A stretch of 64,000 nucleotides of DNA from a virus. Where the stretch lies: positions 96,001 through 160,000 of IMG/VR virus record IMGVR_UViG_3300030099_006944. One strand, given 5' to 3'. Both the position numbers and the translations under genes were made by a program. The notes below the pieces were generated by a model that ran no database searches, had not been told where the DNA came from, and saw only the letters and a program-made list of their open reading frames with translations. This document shows positions 19,247-30,085 of this stretch, one piece after another. Position 1 is the first letter of the stretch; every line of letters begins with the position of its first letter.

Positions 19247-20494
19247 ATGTCATTTCCATCTTTAACACCGACATCTTCAACAAGTGCAATTGTTTTACCA
19301 TCAACTGGTTCGACTGACGACGTAGCTTCATCATTGGCTATTGGTTACTATACAGGCAGTGCTGCCTTTATATCCGGAGCGGCTTCACAAGTTGCTTATA
19401 CCTATAAAAGATTAGGAGGAGATGTTCTAGATATTGAAATAAAAGCTGTTAATGTTTACAATCATTATGAAGAAGCTGTTTTAGAATATTCTTATATCGT
19501 AAATCTTCATCAAGCTAGAAATGCTTTGGGAAGCGCTCTCGGTGGCACAACCGGGTCATTCAATAACAAGGGAGAATTGACCGACGGAACTGACGCGGCC
19601 CTGAAATATCCAAAATTTCAATTCGATTACGCATATCGTGTGGCGGATTCTTTTTCATCAGAGGCTGCTGTTGGAGGAACACAACCAATATATTCTGCTT
19701 CGATCGATAGAGTTTCTAATCAATCAGACTATGATTTACAAAATGCTGTGAGTGCCAGTTCAGTGGCAGGTGGAGTACCATACGCTGGCCTAGTTGGAAA
19801 TAAAAGAATCAAGATCAAAGAAATGTATTATAAGACTCCGGAACAAATGTGGAGATTTTATGGATACTATGGCGGGTTAAATGTTGTGGGAGATTTTCAC
19901 AATTATGGACAGTATGCCGACGATTCAACTTTCCAAGTCATTCCTGCTTGGCAAAATAAACTACAAGCCGTGGCATTTGAAGATCACTTGTATACAAGAA
20001 CATCTCACTATTCGTACGAGATTATTGACAACAAGCTAAGACTTTTTCCTACACCCAATGATGTATCTCCGGAGAAGTTCTGGTTTAAGTTTACAATCGA
20101 AGACAATGATGCTTTCGCCACAGGATCCTATGATAGTGGAGTGAACGGCATCAACAATATGAACAACTTGCCGTTTCAAAACCTTCCATTCGAGAGTATT
20201 AATTCCATGGGGCAACAGTGGATTCGTAGATTTTCATTGGCGCTTTCGAAGGAGACTTTGGGCCAAGTTCGAGGAAAATTTGGAGGATCAATTCCGATTC
20301 CGGGAGATAACGTTACCCTGAATGCCTCTGATTTGTTATCACAGGCACAAAATGAACAAACCGCTCTACGAGAAGAACTCAATAAACAATTGGACGAAAT
20401 GTTATATACAAAATTAGCTGAGAACGACAAGGCGTACGTCGACAACACAGATTCCATTGTAGGGAAGACACCTTTGAAGATATTTGTGGGGTAA
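19247..20494 (+). CDS. Neck / head-tail connector (gp13-like)
   Basis: Position after the capsid genes; motifs LGGDVLDIE and WIRRFSLALSKETLGQVRGKFGG..PG..VTLNA. Confidence 0.7.
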   Translation: MSFPSLTPTSSTSAIVLPSTGSTDDVASSLAIGYYTGSAAFISGAASQVAYTYKRLGGDVLDIEIKAVNVYNHYEEAVLEYSYIVNLHQARNALGSALGGTTGSFNNKGELTDGTDAALKYPKFQFDYAYRVADSFSSEAAVGGTQPIYSASIDRVSNQSDYDLQNAVSASSVAGGVPYAGLVGNKRIKIKEMYYKTPEQMWRFYGYYGGLNVVGDFHNYGQYADDSTFQVIPAWQNKLQAVAFEDHLYTRTSHYSYEIIDNKLRLFPTPNDVSPEKFWFKFTIEDNDAFATGSYDSGVNGINNMNNLPFQNLPFESINSMGQQWIRRFSLALSKETLGQVRGKFGGSIPIPGDNVTLNASDLLSQAQNEQTALREELNKQLDEMLYTKLAENDKAYVDNTDSIVGKTPLKIFVG

Positions 20495-20498
20495 ATAA

Positions 20499-20987
20499 AT
20501 GAGCAATAAATGGACAAGACCAGCACAGCCACCCTCACCGTTATTTGTTGGAGAAAAAGAGAAGAATCTTGTTAAACAAGTTAACGATGAGATCATCGAG
20601 CGCGTTGTTGGTCAACAAGTTTTGTATTTTGCAATAGATATGGAAACAACCAACTTCCATCCTCTTTATGGCGAGGCCATAGAAAAAAACTTTTTACACC
20701 CAATTAGGGTTTTTGCCCTAGTAGAGTACGGAGGTATTGAAACTAATTTCATGGATAGTGTTGGTATCGATAAAAAAACTACGATAACAGTGCATTTCCA
20801 CAAAAGAAGGCTAACCGAAGATCAAAATCTCTTCGTAAGGGAAGGTGACTTTGTTAGGTACGGTGATATCTATTATGAAATCACCAAACTCAATGAACCA
20901 AAGCAACTTTTTGGTCAAATTGAGACAAAATATGAAATTACAGCAGACTGCATAAGAGCAAGGGACGGATTATTCAATGGCGAATGA
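20499..20987 (+). CDS. Head completion / neck protein (gp14-like)
   Basis: Position; motifs NFHPLYGEA and VREGDFVRYGDIYYEI. Confidence 0.65.
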   Translation: MSNKWTRPAQPPSPLFVGEKEKNLVKQVNDEIIERVVGQQVLYFAIDMETTNFHPLYGEAIEKNFLHPIRVFALVEYGGIETNFMDSVGIDKKTTITVHFHKRRLTEDQNLFVREGDFVRYGDIYYEITKLNEPKQLFGQIETKYEITADCIRARDGLFNGE

Positions 20988-21816
20988 AGAAATAGTTATA
21001 AAAGCCTCATCCATAGAGACGATAGACTTGGCTCTATACGAACTTATTGATAACGGGTTTGATTTACATACTAAAACCAACGCTGGGTTTAAAAAAGTTC
21101 CTGTCTTGTGGATATCTCCGGAGAGAGCCTTTCACATCAAAGAAAAAGAGATCAGAGATAAAGTTGGGAAATTAAAGTTACCCCTGATAACGATAGAGAG
21201 GACTAGTTTTGCGAAGGATCCTACCTTCAAAGGCGCCTTTCAAGCAAATATCTTCCCAAACACAACTGGTCCGCGCGGATATAGAAAACATCAACAAAAA
21301 GTTGCAAAGAAACCCAGCAGTAAAGGTACTAGAAAATTTGCTTCGGCTGATGTGCATAGGGATGAAGGTCAGCACCATTACCCTTCCGAAAACAAGAAAG
21401 TTGTATATGAGGAGATATACACACCTATCCCAACTTGGATCACGGTGACTTACTCAATAACTTTAAGAACTGAGTATCAGCAACAGATGAATGATTTGAT
21501 GACACCATTTGCTACTCGTACAGGAAATATTAATGCTCTATTGATTCGTCAAGAGGGTCATCAGTACGAAGCATTTATTCAACAAGATTTTGCTCAGTCA
21601 AATAATATGTCAAGCCTAGGCGAAGATGAAAGGATGTTCCAAACTAAAATCGACATCAAAGTCCTAGGATACCTTCTAGGGGACGGGGAAAATGAAGAAG
21701 TCCCGAAGGTAATAAAGAAGGAAACAATCGTTGAATTAAAGATTGTCAGAGAAAGAAGCATTGTCGGAGATGAAAAACCGTGGGAAACCGACAACAAGAA
21801 ATATAGAGACATATAA
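20977..21816 (+). CDS. Tail terminator / sheath stabiliser (gp15-like)
   Basis: Position before the sheath; KVPV..ISPER, KLPLITIER and PTWITVTYSITL motifs. Confidence 0.65.
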   Translation: MANEEIVIKASSIETIDLALYELIDNGFDLHTKTNAGFKKVPVLWISPERAFHIKEKEIRDKVGKLKLPLITIERTSFAKDPTFKGAFQANIFPNTTGPRGYRKHQQKVAKKPSSKGTRKFASADVHRDEGQHHYPSENKKVVYEEIYTPIPTWITVTYSITLRTEYQQQMNDLMTPFATRTGNINALLIRQEGHQYEAFIQQDFAQSNNMSSLGEDERMFQTKIDIKVLGYLLGDGENEEVPKVIKKETIVELKIVRERSIVGDEKPWETDNKKYRDI

Positions 21817-21836
21817 TGATTTTAAGAAATTCCACG

Positions 21837-21844
21837 ACTATTTA
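21837..21844 (+). promoter_or_regulatory. Putative late promoter motif ACTATTTA (sheath)
   Basis: Intergenic, about 40 nt upstream of the ATG. Confidence 0.6.
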
Positions 21845-21877
21845 ATAAGAATTAGAATAAGAAAGGAGAATTAGTCC

Positions 21878-24800
21878 ATGGCTAAAAAATTTGATTTCCT
21901 ATCACCCGGAATTGAAATGCGGGAGATTGACCAAAGCGGGATTGCTACCCAAAGAGACGAAGAAGGACCGATCATTATCGGCCGTACTCGCAAAGGGCCA
22001 GCAAACAAGCCGGTTAAAATTAGAAACTTAGATGATTATATCGCTGTTTTCGGTGCACCAGTTGCTGGTGGTACCGGTGATCAAGGCGATATTTGGAGAG
22101 AAGGTAATACTACCGGTCCTACTTATGCTGCGTATGCTGCGCAAGCTTGGTTGGCATCAGAAGAATCACCAATCGTAATGGTTAGAGTTGCCGGCGAGCA
22201 ACACCCAAATGCTGCTGATGCTGGTAAAGCTGGATGGGCTCTTAGTGCATCTGTATCTTCTACTAACAGTACTAACAGTACAGCTTACGGGCTTTTTCTT
22301 TGTGATTCTGGATCCAAAGCAATGGGGACTGGTTCACTGGCTGCTGTAATATACTGTAACAGGGGCTATATGGGGTTGACAGGTAAAGCCGCGGCTGACC
22401 CGGGCGGTTCTGACGTGATTGAAGCAGGGACTTTGATCAAATCTAACGCCTCAAATTATGGATTCTCTCTTAAAGTTTATGATCAAGATGGAACCCTTAA
22501 AGAATCTCCATCGTTTAATTTCAGCAGAAACTCTTCACAATATATTAGAAGCGTCCTCAACACCAACCCTCAGTTGGTCAATGAGACTATGATAAGTAGT
22601 GCCGATAGAAAGACTTACTGGTTGGGTGAAACGTTCAATAGAGCGATCGAAGACAATCTAAGTAACTCTGCTTCCGGTGAAGTATATGGTATCTTGTTGC
22701 CACTAGTTAGTGGATCATTGTCGGGTAACAACTGGGCTGATAGAAAACAAGCAGCACAAGAAGCTAAGTCTGGGTGGGTTTTCTCTCAAAAAGAAACTAA
22801 CCAAGTTTACTTGTTCCGTCTTAAATGTCTGCATGTCGGAGACGACTTCCAAAAGAATCACATGATTGCAATTGAAAACATCAGAGAACCTAGTAACAGA
22901 AACGTTGATGCTTATGGTACTTTCTCTGTTGCGATTCTGGATCTAAACGGAACAGCAATTGAGAGATACAACAACCTTAACTTGAACCCTGCTTCTCCAA
23001 ACTATATTGCAAAAGTTATCGGAGATCAATATCAGTCTTGGGACAACACCAACCGTCGTTACAGAACATATGGTGACTACCCTAATCGCTCTGACTTGGT
23101 TTATGTCGAGGTTAATCAAAATATCGCTGACGGTGGTGGCGGTGGATTATTACCAGCCGGTTTCAAAGGACCAGTTCGTCCGAAAGGATTCACTATCATG
23201 GATGGTCGTGATGGAGCATTGACTTTGGGACACGCTGATCCCGGAAATCCTGCTACCTTACTTTTCATCTGGAACGGAACTGCCGAAGATGATGTAACTA
23301 GTGGAAGACAGGCCGCATTCACAGCTAATGGAACAGCCTATACTATCACCTTTACTGATGGTGCGACGGATGCCACATCTTTTTCTGGTGGCGCTGCTAC
23401 ATTGAAAGCAAACCATACTAGTCAAGCTTCAATCCGGACAGCCTTAACTACTCTTCTAGACTCTATCAGTGGCTATTCTGCCTATGAAGACGGAAACACT
23501 GTTGTTATGATTTCTGATGTTGTTGTCGCTTCGACATACGATTTCAGTTCAGTTAGTGAGAACATAAGTCCACTTTCTATATCAGCGATCGCTGGTTCAG
23601 ATGAAACAGTGGATGGAGGTGTTTTCGCGAAAGGTAACGATGTTACATTGATTACCGGTGGTACCGCCACTGAGTTTGCTGCTGGACCAGTTGGCTACAC
23701 GGCCTCCTTCAATTTCCCAGCAATTCCACTTCGATCTGGTGGTACTGATGGTGGCGCTGCTGATCCATATCGTTGTTACTGGGGGATCCGTCCAAAACTG
23801 TCGGCTACCTCTCCAACAAATGATGCGGACTACTGCGATTACCTTCGTGGGCTTAATGCAATATCTGATAGCTTTGCTCCCGGTAACGATGATTTTGAGC
23901 ACTCCATTTGCTTCTCGTTGGACGATATCCTAGTCAATACTGATGACAACACTGTACGTTACATTAGCGGCTCATATGAGCGCGCTGACAGCGCCAGCAC
24001 TGACCCATCATACACAAAGGGTACCGGATCATTTGGAGACCTTCTAGACCTAAATGTGCGCCAATTCTTGATGCCTATGTGGGGTGGATCTGACGGTCTT
24101 GATATTACTGAGAAAGAACCTCTTCGAAATGGATTGATTGGAACGTCTTGGTCTGAGACTACAAATCATGTACAATACTCTTTGAATAAAGCTATCGATG
24201 CTGTTAAGGATCCAGAAGTAGTACCAGCTAATCTTTTGTTAGCTCCCGGTATCCGCGCTCCTTTGATCACTAACAAATTGATCAGTACTGCTGAGTCTCG
24301 TAAAGATGTTTTGGCTATCATTGATATTGAAAATGATTACATGCCAACACACGAATCTACTGATAGTGCTTCTTCCAGACTAGGTTCTGTTACTAGTGCA
24401 GTATCAACATTGAAAGGTAGAAACCTTAATTCAAGTTATGCTTGTTGCTTCTACCCTTGGGTTCAAATCGCTGACAACCTGAGCGGCGGACATTATGTAT
24501 GGATTCCATCTTCTGTTGCTGGGCTTGGCGCTATGGCTAAATCCCAAGCAAAATCAGATGTTTGGTTTGCTCCCGCTGGTTTCAATCGCGGTGGACTTGG
24601 AAACCTCGGAGGTTCGAGAGGACCAGCCGTAGTACAAGCGCGTCAACGTCTAGACTCTAACGAAAGAGATAAATTGTATGAAGTCAACATCAACCCAATT
24701 GCAACATTCCCAGCAGAAGGGGTTGTAATCTTCGGACAGAAAACACTTCAAGCAGGTACATCTGCATTGGATAGAATCAATGTTCGTAGACTGCTGCTTC

Positions 24801-25084
24801 ATCTTAAATCTAAGGTTAGTACTGTTTCTAGAAACCTTCTGTTCGACCAGAATATAGATTCTACTTGGGCTAGATTTAAGTCACAAGTTAATCCAATCTT
24901 GGCTAACGTACAAGCTAGATTTGGACTTACTGATTACAAACTAATATTGGATGAAACCACTACTACTGCTGACTTGATCGATCGTAACATCATGTATGCT
25001 AAGATTTATATCAAGCCTGCTCGCGCAATTGAATACATTGTCGTAGACTTTGTAATCACCAAAACCGGCGCTGATTTTGTATAA
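21878..25084 (+). CDS. Tail sheath protein (gp18-like)
   Basis: FLSPGIEMREIDQS at the N-terminus; WFAPAGFNRG, NINPIATFP.EGVVIFGQKTL and ALDRINVRRLL motifs. Confidence 0.95.
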   Translation: MAKKFDFLSPGIEMREIDQSGIATQRDEEGPIIIGRTRKGPANKPVKIRNLDDYIAVFGAPVAGGTGDQGDIWREGNTTGPTYAAYAAQAWLASEESPIVMVRVAGEQHPNAADAGKAGWALSASVSSTNSTNSTAYGLFLCDSGSKAMGTGSLAAVIYCNRGYMGLTGKAAADPGGSDVIEAGTLIKSNASNYGFSLKVYDQDGTLKESPSFNFSRNSSQYIRSVLNTNPQLVNETMISSADRKTYWLGETFNRAIEDNLSNSASGEVYGILLPLVSGSLSGNNWADRKQAAQEAKSGWVFSQKETNQVYLFRLKCLHVGDDFQKNHMIAIENIREPSNRNVDAYGTFSVAILDLNGTAIERYNNLNLNPASPNYIAKVIGDQYQSWDNTNRRYRTYGDYPNRSDLVYVEVNQNIADGGGGGLLPAGFKGPVRPKGFTIMDGRDGALTLGHADPGNPATLLFIWNGTAEDDVTSGRQAAFTANGTAYTITFTDGATDATSFSGGAATLKANHTSQASIRTALTTLLDSISGYSAYEDGNTVVMISDVVVASTYDFSSVSENISPLSISAIAGSDETVDGGVFAKGNDVTLITGGTATEFAAGPVGYTASFNFPAIPLRSGGTDGGAADPYRCYWGIRPKLSATSPTNDADYCDYLRGLNAISDSFAPGNDDFEHSICFSLDDILVNTDDNTVRYISGSYERADSASTDPSYTKGTGSFGDLLDLNVRQFLMPMWGGSDGLDITEKEPLRNGLIGTSWSETTNHVQYSLNKAIDAVKDPEVVPANLLLAPGIRAPLITNKLISTAESRKDVLAIIDIENDYMPTHESTDSASSRLGSVTSAVSTLKGRNLNSSYACCFYPWVQIADNLSGGHYVWIPSSVAGLGAMAKSQAKSDVWFAPAGFNRGGLGNLGGSRGPAVVQARQRLDSNERDKLYEVNINPIATFPAEGVVIFGQKTLQAGTSALDRINVRRLLLHLKSKVSTVSRNLLFDQNIDSTWARFKSQVNPILANVQARFGLTDYKLILDETTTTADLIDRNIMYAKIYIKPARAIEYIVVDFVITKTGADFV

Positions 25085-25087
25085 GAC

Positions 25088-25095
25088 ACTATTTA
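25088..25095 (+). promoter_or_regulatory. Putative late promoter motif ACTATTTA (tube)
   Basis: In the 33-nt sheath-tube gap. Confidence 0.6.
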
Positions 25096-25117
25096 ATTTA
25101 AAAAGGAGAAACTTTAA

Positions 25118-25753
25118 ATGTCATTTTGGACCGCAACACACGGAATAGGAAACAAGGAGCCTAAAAGAGCCTTTAGATTCAAGATCATCTTCAATGGTCT
25201 TGCTGATGACTCTGGTTACGTCTGGTTTGCTAAATCCGTAAATAAACCAAAGTACGAAATTTCTGAGGCAGAACACACTTTTTTGACTCATAAGTTTTAT
25301 TATCCGGGACGTGTAACATGGCAACCGATTGACTTAGTTTTAGTTGATCCTGTCTCGCCCGGCGCAACCGCTCAATTGAACGCTATGCTTGATGCCCAAG
25401 GATATGCTATACCTTCTAGCCCAAATGGTTCATATGAAACCATGTCAAAAGGTAAAGGTGCAGCAGCCCTAGGTAACATTCAGATCGAACAATTGGATTC
25501 TACTGGTGCTACTGTTGAAAGATGGACTTTGAATAACCCATTCATTCAGGGAGTTCAATATGGCGACTTGAATTATGAATCAGAAGATCTCATTGAAATT
25601 ACTTTGACTCTTCGTTATGATTGGGCTCAGTGCGAAATCCTTCCGGGTGACACTAGTACTAACGTTGATCAAAACGTTGGCGCTGATACTGGAAAGATCG
25701 GTGCTGCTTCTCCTCCACAATCAACTGATTTCTTCAATCCAGAGGGATCGTAA
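25118..25753 (+). CDS. Tail tube protein (gp19-like)
   Basis: Follows the sheath; KSVNKP, YYPGRVTWQPI and GDLNYE...I.LTLRYDW motifs. Confidence 0.85.
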   Translation: MSFWTATHGIGNKEPKRAFRFKIIFNGLADDSGYVWFAKSVNKPKYEISEAEHTFLTHKFYYPGRVTWQPIDLVLVDPVSPGATAQLNAMLDAQGYAIPSSPNGSYETMSKGKGAAALGNIQIEQLDSTGATVERWTLNNPFIQGVQYGDLNYESEDLIEITLTLRYDWAQCEILPGDTSTNVDQNVGADTGKIGAASPPQSTDFFNPEGS

Positions 25754-25764
25754 GAGAGGTATAA

Positions 25765-26385
25765 ATGACGTTTTGGACATCCGCGGGAACTACTCCCAAG
25801 TTAAAAGATAGGTTTGTCGTGAAGATTGGTGGAGTATTAAATCTCTTCGTTAAATCTGTCGACAAACCTACTTTAACTTTTGATAACAAAGAATATAAAA
25901 TGATAAATCATCATTTTAAATATCCGGGTTTGCCAAAATGGAATACAATAAAAATGACCTTTGTCGACACAACTACGGTTGCTGGTAACAATCAGGATCA
26001 AGAAGGAGCACAGGTTAAAGAGTTTTTAGAAATACTTAACCAAGCCGGTTACTCTCTCCCTTCTGGTCAAGCCGTTGATGCTCGACTTGGTATGGCTGGT
26101 GCTGGTAGTGTTTCGAAGAATGAATCAACCGCTGCCTTAGGAGACGTTCAAATACAACAGATTGGACCTTTCACTCCCGGCGGTGGAGATGACAAAATAA
26201 AAGTTGTTGAAGAATGGAAATTAATCAACCCTATTATTAAATCCTTGTCCTTTGGTGCTCTCGCGTATGGCGAAGACGGCGTTGTTGAGTACACACTGGA
26301 ATTAGACTACGATTATGCAGAGTATTCTGCTGGTCACAGTATTCAAGGGAGTGCTCCGGTGATTGCCCCAAGCAGTCCCGAATAA
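25765..26385 (+). CDS. Second tail-tube-fold protein (paralogue of 25118)
   Basis: VKSVDKP, HHFKYPGLPKWNTI and FGALAY.....YTLELDYD align by eye with the preceding tube gene. Confidence 0.75.
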   Translation: MTFWTSAGTTPKLKDRFVVKIGGVLNLFVKSVDKPTLTFDNKEYKMINHHFKYPGLPKWNTIKMTFVDTTTVAGNNQDQEGAQVKEFLEILNQAGYSLPSGQAVDARLGMAGAGSVSKNESTAALGDVQIQQIGPFTPGGGDDKIKVVEEWKLINPIIKSLSFGALAYGEDGVVEYTLELDYDYAEYSAGHSIQGSAPVIAPSSPE

Positions 26386-26411
26386 CTTTCACACATTATT
26401 TAGAGGTATAA

Positions 26412-27245
26412 ATGAAAAGAAATAATCAAGATCGTATAATGGGCGGTCACAAACCACAGCCAACGGAGGATACTCCAAAGATGGCAAATCCATTAGATTT
26501 CGTGACTCCAACAGAATTCGTTGAGTTACCATCAAAGGGGAGATACCCCACCGGACACCCGCTTTGTGGTCAAGATACTATCGAGATCAAATATATGACT
26601 GCGAAAGACGAAGATATTCTTACGAACAGGTCTTTGTTAAAGAAAGGTTTGGCTATAAATCGTTTGATAACAAATTTAATTAAGAACGATTCAATCAGCG
26701 CAGAATCTTTGTATATCGGAGATAGAAATGCAATCTTGATTTATGCAAGAGCTTCTGCTTATGGAAACATATACAAAACAAAAGTTACTTGCCCAAGTTG
26801 TTCAACAGTCAGTAAGGCTAGTTTTGACTTAAATGATCATACAACTTATCATGGTGATGAGTTTGAGGAATTTGGAATTGAAATGACAGAAAATATGACA
26901 TTCAAAACCACTTTACCCTTGTCGACAATCGAGGCAGAAATTCGTCCACTGGTGGGTAGCGATGAGGTAGCCATGGTTAAGAAAAACAAGAACCTTAGCA
27001 ACATGACGAATCTCGTAACAGATCAGATGAGATACTTTGTTGTGTCTTTTAATGGTTATACAGACAAAAAAACAATTAACATGGTCATTGATAACATGAC
27101 GGCAATGGATTCTAAGCATCTTCGTAATGTTTTTAAAGCAGTTTCGCCGGACTTACAGATAAGAGACTTATTCGAATGCCCAGAGTGTGGCCACGAGGAG
27201 GATATGACCGTGCCATTTGGCACCGACTTTTTTTGGCCTGAGTGA
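26412..27245 (+). CDS. Baseplate hub assembly / tail assembly chaperone (gp26-like)
   Basis: VELPSKGRYP, IKYMTAKDEDILT, GDRNAILIYARASAYG; two CxxC motifs (CPSC, CPEC). Confidence 0.75.
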   Translation: MKRNNQDRIMGGHKPQPTEDTPKMANPLDFVTPTEFVELPSKGRYPTGHPLCGQDTIEIKYMTAKDEDILTNRSLLKKGLAINRLITNLIKNDSISAESLYIGDRNAILIYARASAYGNIYKTKVTCPSCSTVSKASFDLNDHTTYHGDEFEEFGIEMTENMTFKTTLPLSTIEAEIRPLVGSDEVAMVKKNKNLSNMTNLVTDQMRYFVVSFNGYTDKKTINMVIDNMTAMDSKHLRNVFKAVSPDLQIRDLFECPECGHEEDMTVPFGTDFFWPE

Positions 27246-27417
27246 TGAATATATGGAGAGCATCTATGAGTCGTTCTTCATATTAAAGCATTATGGTGGC
27301 TGGTCTCTTTTCGAATTGTACAATCTTCCTGTCGGTCTACGGCAGTGGTGGCTCAAAAGAACCATCGAGGAATACGAGAAAGAAAAGAAAGCAATGGATA
27401 AAGCTAAACGCAAATAG
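27217..27417 (+). CDS. Downstream tail-chaperone ORF (gp51-like or frameshift extension)
   Basis: Overlaps the 3' end of 26412..27245 at a T7 run; FFILKHYGGWSLFELYNLPVGLRQWWL; lies before the tape measure gene. Confidence 0.65.
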   Translation: MAPTFFGLSDEYMESIYESFFILKHYGGWSLFELYNLPVGLRQWWLKRTIEEYEKEKKAMDKAKRK

Positions 27418-27421
27418 AATG

Positions 27422-27446
27422 TGCCCATTAATTGGGCATTTTTTAT
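27422..27446 (+). terminator. Rho-independent terminator
   Basis: tgccca-ttaat-tgggca followed by ttttttatt. Confidence 0.7.
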
Positions 27447-27451
27447 TGTGA

Positions 27452-27459
27452 ACTAATTA
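27452..27459 (+). promoter_or_regulatory. Putative late promoter motif ACTAATTA (tape measure)
   Basis: Directly after a terminator. Confidence 0.6.
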
Positions 27460-27478
27460 AATGTAAAGAGGATTATAT

Positions 27479-30085
27479 ATGTTCGGACCAAAGATATTCA
27501 TGGATCCAACCGAAGGTGGTGGAGGTGGCCCCAACGAGGGAAACAAAAAACTTACCGGCGCCGAAAAAGATCTGGCGGAAGGGATAGCGAGACAAAAAGA
27601 GCTAAAAGACCTCGTTGAAAAAGCAAAAAAAACGCAACAAGAAATCTTGCAAGAAAAAAAAGCCGAACAAGTGATCATGTCGGATATGATCGCAGCTTCT
27701 CAAACCCAATTGGAAATTGACAAAATGCGAAGAGAAGATGCCACTAAAAAATTAATGGAAGAATTGGCAGGTCTGAGAGAGATCACTGACGAGAAAGAAC
27801 AACAAGAACACCTAGAAAAGAGGTTAAGTGAAATCGCTGGTAAACGTGTCGAATTAGGTGAGGATTTCATAGATATATTAAAGGACGATGAAAAGTTTAC
27901 TAAAAAAATAGCAGAATTAACAGAAGCTGCTGAAAAATCCGAGGAAAAAAGAAAGAAAACAATAGAAACCACAAGTCAACTTCACAACAAGATTGCTAAG
28001 AAATTGGGAATTAGCACCAAGTATAGCGATAATATGGTTGTGAGTCTACTAAAAGGGAATGTTAATTTAAGTGACATGTTAGGTACTGTTTTGAGTTTCA
28101 AGAATGTTTTGAATAATGTAGTTGGTACAGCAGCCAAAATGGCTCTCGAAATTGATGACACCGCAAAGGCTCTTGGTAAGGCCACCGGCATGGGAAATCA
28201 GTTTCAAGGTCAAATATTGGCCGTGCACAGCAACACAATAGCCATGGGCGCATCAATTCAAGATGCCAGTAATGCTACTAAAAGTTTAATCGAGAATTTC
28301 TCTGCTTTTAATCCAAATGCTGACGCCGCAAATGAACATATGGCAACGAACATTGTTTTGTTAGAAAAAATTGGTGTTAACGGTGCCGACGCGGCAAAAT
28401 CGATGGATTTTTTCACAAGATCAATGGGTATGTCTGCCAAAGCCGCAACAGACATGACCAGAAACATTGCCATGATGGGCAAGAACATGGGAGTGACTGC
28501 CTCTAAGATGATTTCTGATTTTCAATCTGTATCTGGTGACATTGCAATGTACGGAGCCAGAATGGAAGGTGTGTTCCAAAATTTAGCAGCCCAAGCAAAA
28601 GCAACCGGTATGTCCATGAGTTCTTTGGTTAACTTAGGTAAGCAATTTGATACATTTGACAAAGCAGCCGACACCACAGCAAAGTTAAATGCGGTCTTAG
28701 GCACTAGCTTATCGACGATTGATATGATGAATATGTCATATGACGAAAGAATAAAGTATCTCCAACAAGAACTTCGAAGTGTTGGGGCAAATATGGACTC
28801 TATGGATCCATATACAAAGATGTATATCGCACAATCTTTGGGAGTTAAAGATGTAGCAGAAGCGCAACGTCTACTAAACATGTCTCAAAAGGAAATGGAC
28901 CAAAACAGAAGATTACAAGAAGCAGCCAACACAAGACAAGAAAAATTAAAAGAATTGACAACAGAACTTGTTCCTGTTATGCAACAAATGAAAATTGCTT
29001 TCTCTCAAATTGCTGTTGCTGTATCTCCGGTGGTTGAATTATTCATTGGTTTACTTACAATGATCACTGACCTAAATACAGCGCTCGGTGGAGCACTTGT
29101 CCCAACCTTGATAGGCTTTGTGGCAGTCAAGAAAGCTTTGGCGGGAATTACAGCGCTGTATACTGGTTGGCAACAGTTATCTTTAATCGCAACAGGAGAA
29201 ACAACATTAGCAAAAATGGCAGAACAAGGAGTTACTGCATCCGCGATCACTACAAAATATGCCGATGCTGTTGCTTCACAAGCCCAAGCAGGATCCACGA
29301 CTCTTTTGGGGATAGCAACACGAAACGCTGGTCGAGCCATGGCGAAGTTTGCTCTCTTACTAATGGGGGTTGCTTTGGCTTTCCATTATTCTCAGAGTCC
29401 ACCTTTGTATTTAATTGCTGGTGTTATGGCCATTGGGGTGTTTCTCTTGGCAAGATCATTGAATACAATGGGGCCTGCTGCAATAAAAGGCGCGGCGGTA
29501 CTTATGTTGGTCGCTTTGGCAATGGGGATCATGTTTGGGTCAATGACCATGCTAATCCAATCGATCGTGCTTCTATTTGACACATTGGTCGGTAGTCTTT
29601 TTCAGATTCCGTTAGTGGTTGTTGGTATATACTCAATAGCCGGCGCAATTGCTGTTCTTGCTGCCACTTCGATCGCTGCTCTCGTTCCGATTTTGGCAAT
29701 TTTTTCTACTATGTCTGTAATGGGCGCGGCTCTCCTAGGAGTCACAGCGATGGCTGGTACCGCTGTTTTAGGTGGAATCGGTGAAAGTCTTATGGCCATG
29801 GGAACCGGAATGGAAAAGTTTTCAAATGGCTTGACTCAGGTGTCAAAATTAGCAACGCAAATGTCTGCTGCTGTGGGTGATGGATTCATGGCTATAACCA
29901 GCGATGGTGCTGGTGCCAGTGCTGTAATAGGTACCGGAGATATAATGAAAAACTTTGTTGATGGCAAGATAACTGTGGATGTCAATATACCAGAGATAAA
30001 GATGCCAGAAACCACGGTTAATGTTTATATCGATGGCAAGAAAATGGAAGGTATCATCAAGAAAGTTGTGTCGAGGGCTGGATAA
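27479..30085 (+). CDS. Tape measure protein
   Basis: 868 aa, Ala/Met-rich helical sequence with a long hydrophobic C-terminal half; follows the chaperone genes. Confidence 0.85.
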   Translation: MFGPKIFMDPTEGGGGGPNEGNKKLTGAEKDLAEGIARQKELKDLVEKAKKTQQEILQEKKAEQVIMSDMIAASQTQLEIDKMRREDATKKLMEELAGLREITDEKEQQEHLEKRLSEIAGKRVELGEDFIDILKDDEKFTKKIAELTEAAEKSEEKRKKTIETTSQLHNKIAKKLGISTKYSDNMVVSLLKGNVNLSDMLGTVLSFKNVLNNVVGTAAKMALEIDDTAKALGKATGMGNQFQGQILAVHSNTIAMGASIQDASNATKSLIENFSAFNPNADAANEHMATNIVLLEKIGVNGADAAKSMDFFTRSMGMSAKAATDMTRNIAMMGKNMGVTASKMISDFQSVSGDIAMYGARMEGVFQNLAAQAKATGMSMSSLVNLGKQFDTFDKAADTTAKLNAVLGTSLSTIDMMNMSYDERIKYLQQELRSVGANMDSMDPYTKMYIAQSLGVKDVAEAQRLLNMSQKEMDQNRRLQEAANTRQEKLKELTTELVPVMQQMKIAFSQIAVAVSPVVELFIGLLTMITDLNTALGGALVPTLIGFVAVKKALAGITALYTGWQQLSLIATGETTLAKMAEQGVTASAITTKYADAVASQAQAGSTTLLGIATRNAGRAMAKFALLLMGVALAFHYSQSPPLYLIAGVMAIGVFLLARSLNTMGPAAIKGAAVLMLVALAMGIMFGSMTMLIQSIVLLFDTLVGSLFQIPLVVVGIYSIAGAIAVLAATSIAALVPILAIFSTMSVMGAALLGVTAMAGTAVLGGIGESLMAMGTGMEKFSNGLTQVSKLATQMSAAVGDGFMAITSDGAGASAVIGTGDIMKNFVDGKITVDVNIPEIKMPETTVNVYIDGKKMEGIIKKVVSRAG

